DNA of 29,163 nucleotides from Vulcanimicrobiota bacterium (lineage in GTDB: Bacteria; Vulcanimicrobiota; Vulcanimicrobiia; Vulcanimicrobiales; Vulcanimicrobiaceae). Below, piece by piece: positions 27,989-29,163 of the stretch (its first letter is position 1; each line of letters begins with the position of its first letter). The notes under the pieces were generated by a model. That model was not told the origin of the DNA, searched no databases, and worked only from the letters and a program-made list of their open reading frames with translations. Made by a program: the position numbers and the translations under genes. The DNA lies in contig PLCF01000017.1 in assembly GCA_003135555.1 (NCBI GenBank), forward strand, positions 20,353 through 49,515, given 5' to 3'.

Positions 27989-28719
27989 TGCGCCGCGCGC
28001 GAACGTCCTTGGCCGGGATCGCGCTGGTCGCGCTGTGCTCCGCGTTCGCAGCGCCCACGGCGGCGCCTACGGCCGCACCGCCGGCGACGTCGCCCCCCGC
28101 CTCGCCAGCCGCGTCACCTGTCGCGTCGCCGAGCGGTGCGGCGTCGAGGCCGGCCCTGGAAACGCCGTACTATCGCGTCGAAACCGACGAGATCCACCAC
28201 AAGGCCAACGGCGATTTCACCATGCCCAACAAGGTCGCGTTCTCGCGCCCGGGCAGCGACGGCACGGCCGACCATGCCGAAGGAAACGACAAACGTGGTA
28301 CCGTGACGCTGCTCGGCAACGTGGTCGTGCACGATAACGGCAACGCCCCCGAGGCCAATTCGAACGACGAATATGCCAAGGGCGGCCCGTCGACGCTGAC
28401 CTGCGATCGGCTCGAGATCGACGCCAAGGCGAAGATCTACATTGCGATCGGCCACGTGCATTTCGAGCAAGGCGCGCGCAAAGCCGACGCGGACCGCGGG
28501 TTGCTCGACCGCGGCACCGGCAAACTGCGGCTCGAAGGAAACGTGAAGACGTCGGAGGGTGCGTCCACGATGCGCGCCGACACCATCGACTACAACACCA
28601 AGACCAAACACGTCGACGCCGTCGGCAAGCCGATCGTCATCAAACAGCCCGTCCCAACCCCCGAACCCGGCAGCGTAACCCCCTCACCCAAACCCAAAAA
28701 ACGCAGATTGCCGTTCTAG
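27988..28719 (+). CDS. LptA/OstA-like beta-jellyroll exported protein (paralog 2)
   Basis: TGATG coupling to paralog 1; colinear (YRVETDE, GDFTMP, KRGTVTLLGNVVVHD, LTCD, GHVHF.QGAR, DYN). Confidence 0.75.
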   Translation: MRRARTSLAGIALVALCSAFAAPTAAPTAAPPATSPPASPAASPVASPSGAASRPALETPYYRVETDEIHHKANGDFTMPNKVAFSRPGSDGTADHAEGNDKRGTVTLLGNVVVHDNGNAPEANSNDEYAKGGPSTLTCDRLEIDAKAKIYIAIGHVHFEQGARKADADRGLLDRGTGKLRLEGNVKTSEGASTMRADTIDYNTKTKHVDAVGKPIVIKQPVPTPEPGSVTPSPKPKKRRLPF

Positions 28720-28762
28720 GTAATGGTGATGGACCGAGCGCAGCAGCATCTTCCGCGTGGTG

Positions 28763-28838
28763 TAACGGCGTTGCGAGGTCGGACCCGGGGGCCCCACGCG
28801 CAGCGTGGGGGGCGCGCAGCGAGAGCGGAGCGCCGTTA
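28763..28838 (+). repeat. Nested inverted repeat (REP-like or structured leader) upstream of rarA
   Basis: Outer arms TAACGGCG (28763-70) / CGCCGTTA (28831-38); inner perfect hairpin CCCCACGC-GCA-GCGTGGGG (28792-28810). Confidence 0.7.
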
Positions 28839-28840
28839 AA

Positions 28841-29163
28841 TTGCTAGGCTTGTTCGACGGTGGCGAGGGGGGCGGCGAGAGCATCCGCGAGCCGTTGGCG
28901 GCGCGGATGCGGCCGCGCACGCTCGACGAGTTCGTCGGACAAGAGCAGATCGTAGGGCCGGGACGCGCGCTGCGCCGCGCGATCGAGTCCGATCAGGCCC
29001 CCTCGATGATCCTGTGGGGACCGCCGGGGACCGGCAAGACGACGTTGGCGCGCATCATCGCGCAGCAGACCGGTGCGCACTTCGCGGCGCTCTCCGCGGT
29101 CAGCGCCGGGGTGGCCGACTTGCGCCGCGTGGTCGCCGACGCGCGCAAGCTGCGCGCCGCCGG
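28841..29163 (+). CDS. rarA: Replication-associated recombination protein A (3'-truncated by window edge)
   Basis: Own translation from TTG 28841: MLGLFD...PLAARMRPRTLDEFVGQ...SMILWGPPGTGKTTLARII...LSAVSAGV; GGAG upstream. Absent from the ORF track. Confidence 0.95.
   Translation, partial: MLGLFDGGEGGGESIREPLAARMRPRTLDEFVGQEQIVGPGRALRRAIESDQAPSMILWGPPGTGKTTLARIIAQQTGAHFAALSAVSAGVADLRRVVADARKLRAA

Noticed and set aside
27284..28060. Lipoprotein lipoboxes in the LptA-like proteins (ALAC, VALC)
   Set aside because: Neither matches [LVI][ASTVI][GAS]C, and both are followed by AFA signal-peptidase-I-type sites.
28763..28838. tRNA or Rho-independent terminator
   Set aside because: No T-loop or D-loop consensus or cloverleaf, and no U-tract after the stems.

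Overview
GC-rich bacterial chromosomal window. Gene style and LptA-like genes suggest a diderm, possibly Eremiobacterota/Vulcanimicrobiia (inference only). Core genes are the 3' part of atpD, atpC, murA, an mreB-family gene, two tandem LptA/OstA-like genes and the 5' part of rarA. About 21 kb of accessory genes lie between atpC and murA: a beta-carbonic anhydrase, a 2OG-Fe(II) oxygenase, and a lower-GC island with hicAB divergent from a DUF4071-type (NDT/DRHyd-like + TPR) candidate defence gene. They also include an ABC importer, a GlcD/GlcF-type FAD/Fe-S oxidoreductase, a serine-glyoxylate-type aminotransferase with GntR, two paralogous secreted two-domain proteins, an EamA transporter, an exported alpha/beta hydrolase, and gluconokinase with an MFS transporter. 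Highlights: the candidate defence island, mreB apparently starting at ATC, the variable-loop secreted paralog pair, tandem LptA-like paralogs, two R-G-x-F Tat-like signals, a divergent MurA and a structured rarA leader. I saw no rRNA, tRNA, CRISPR array, transposase or integrase.
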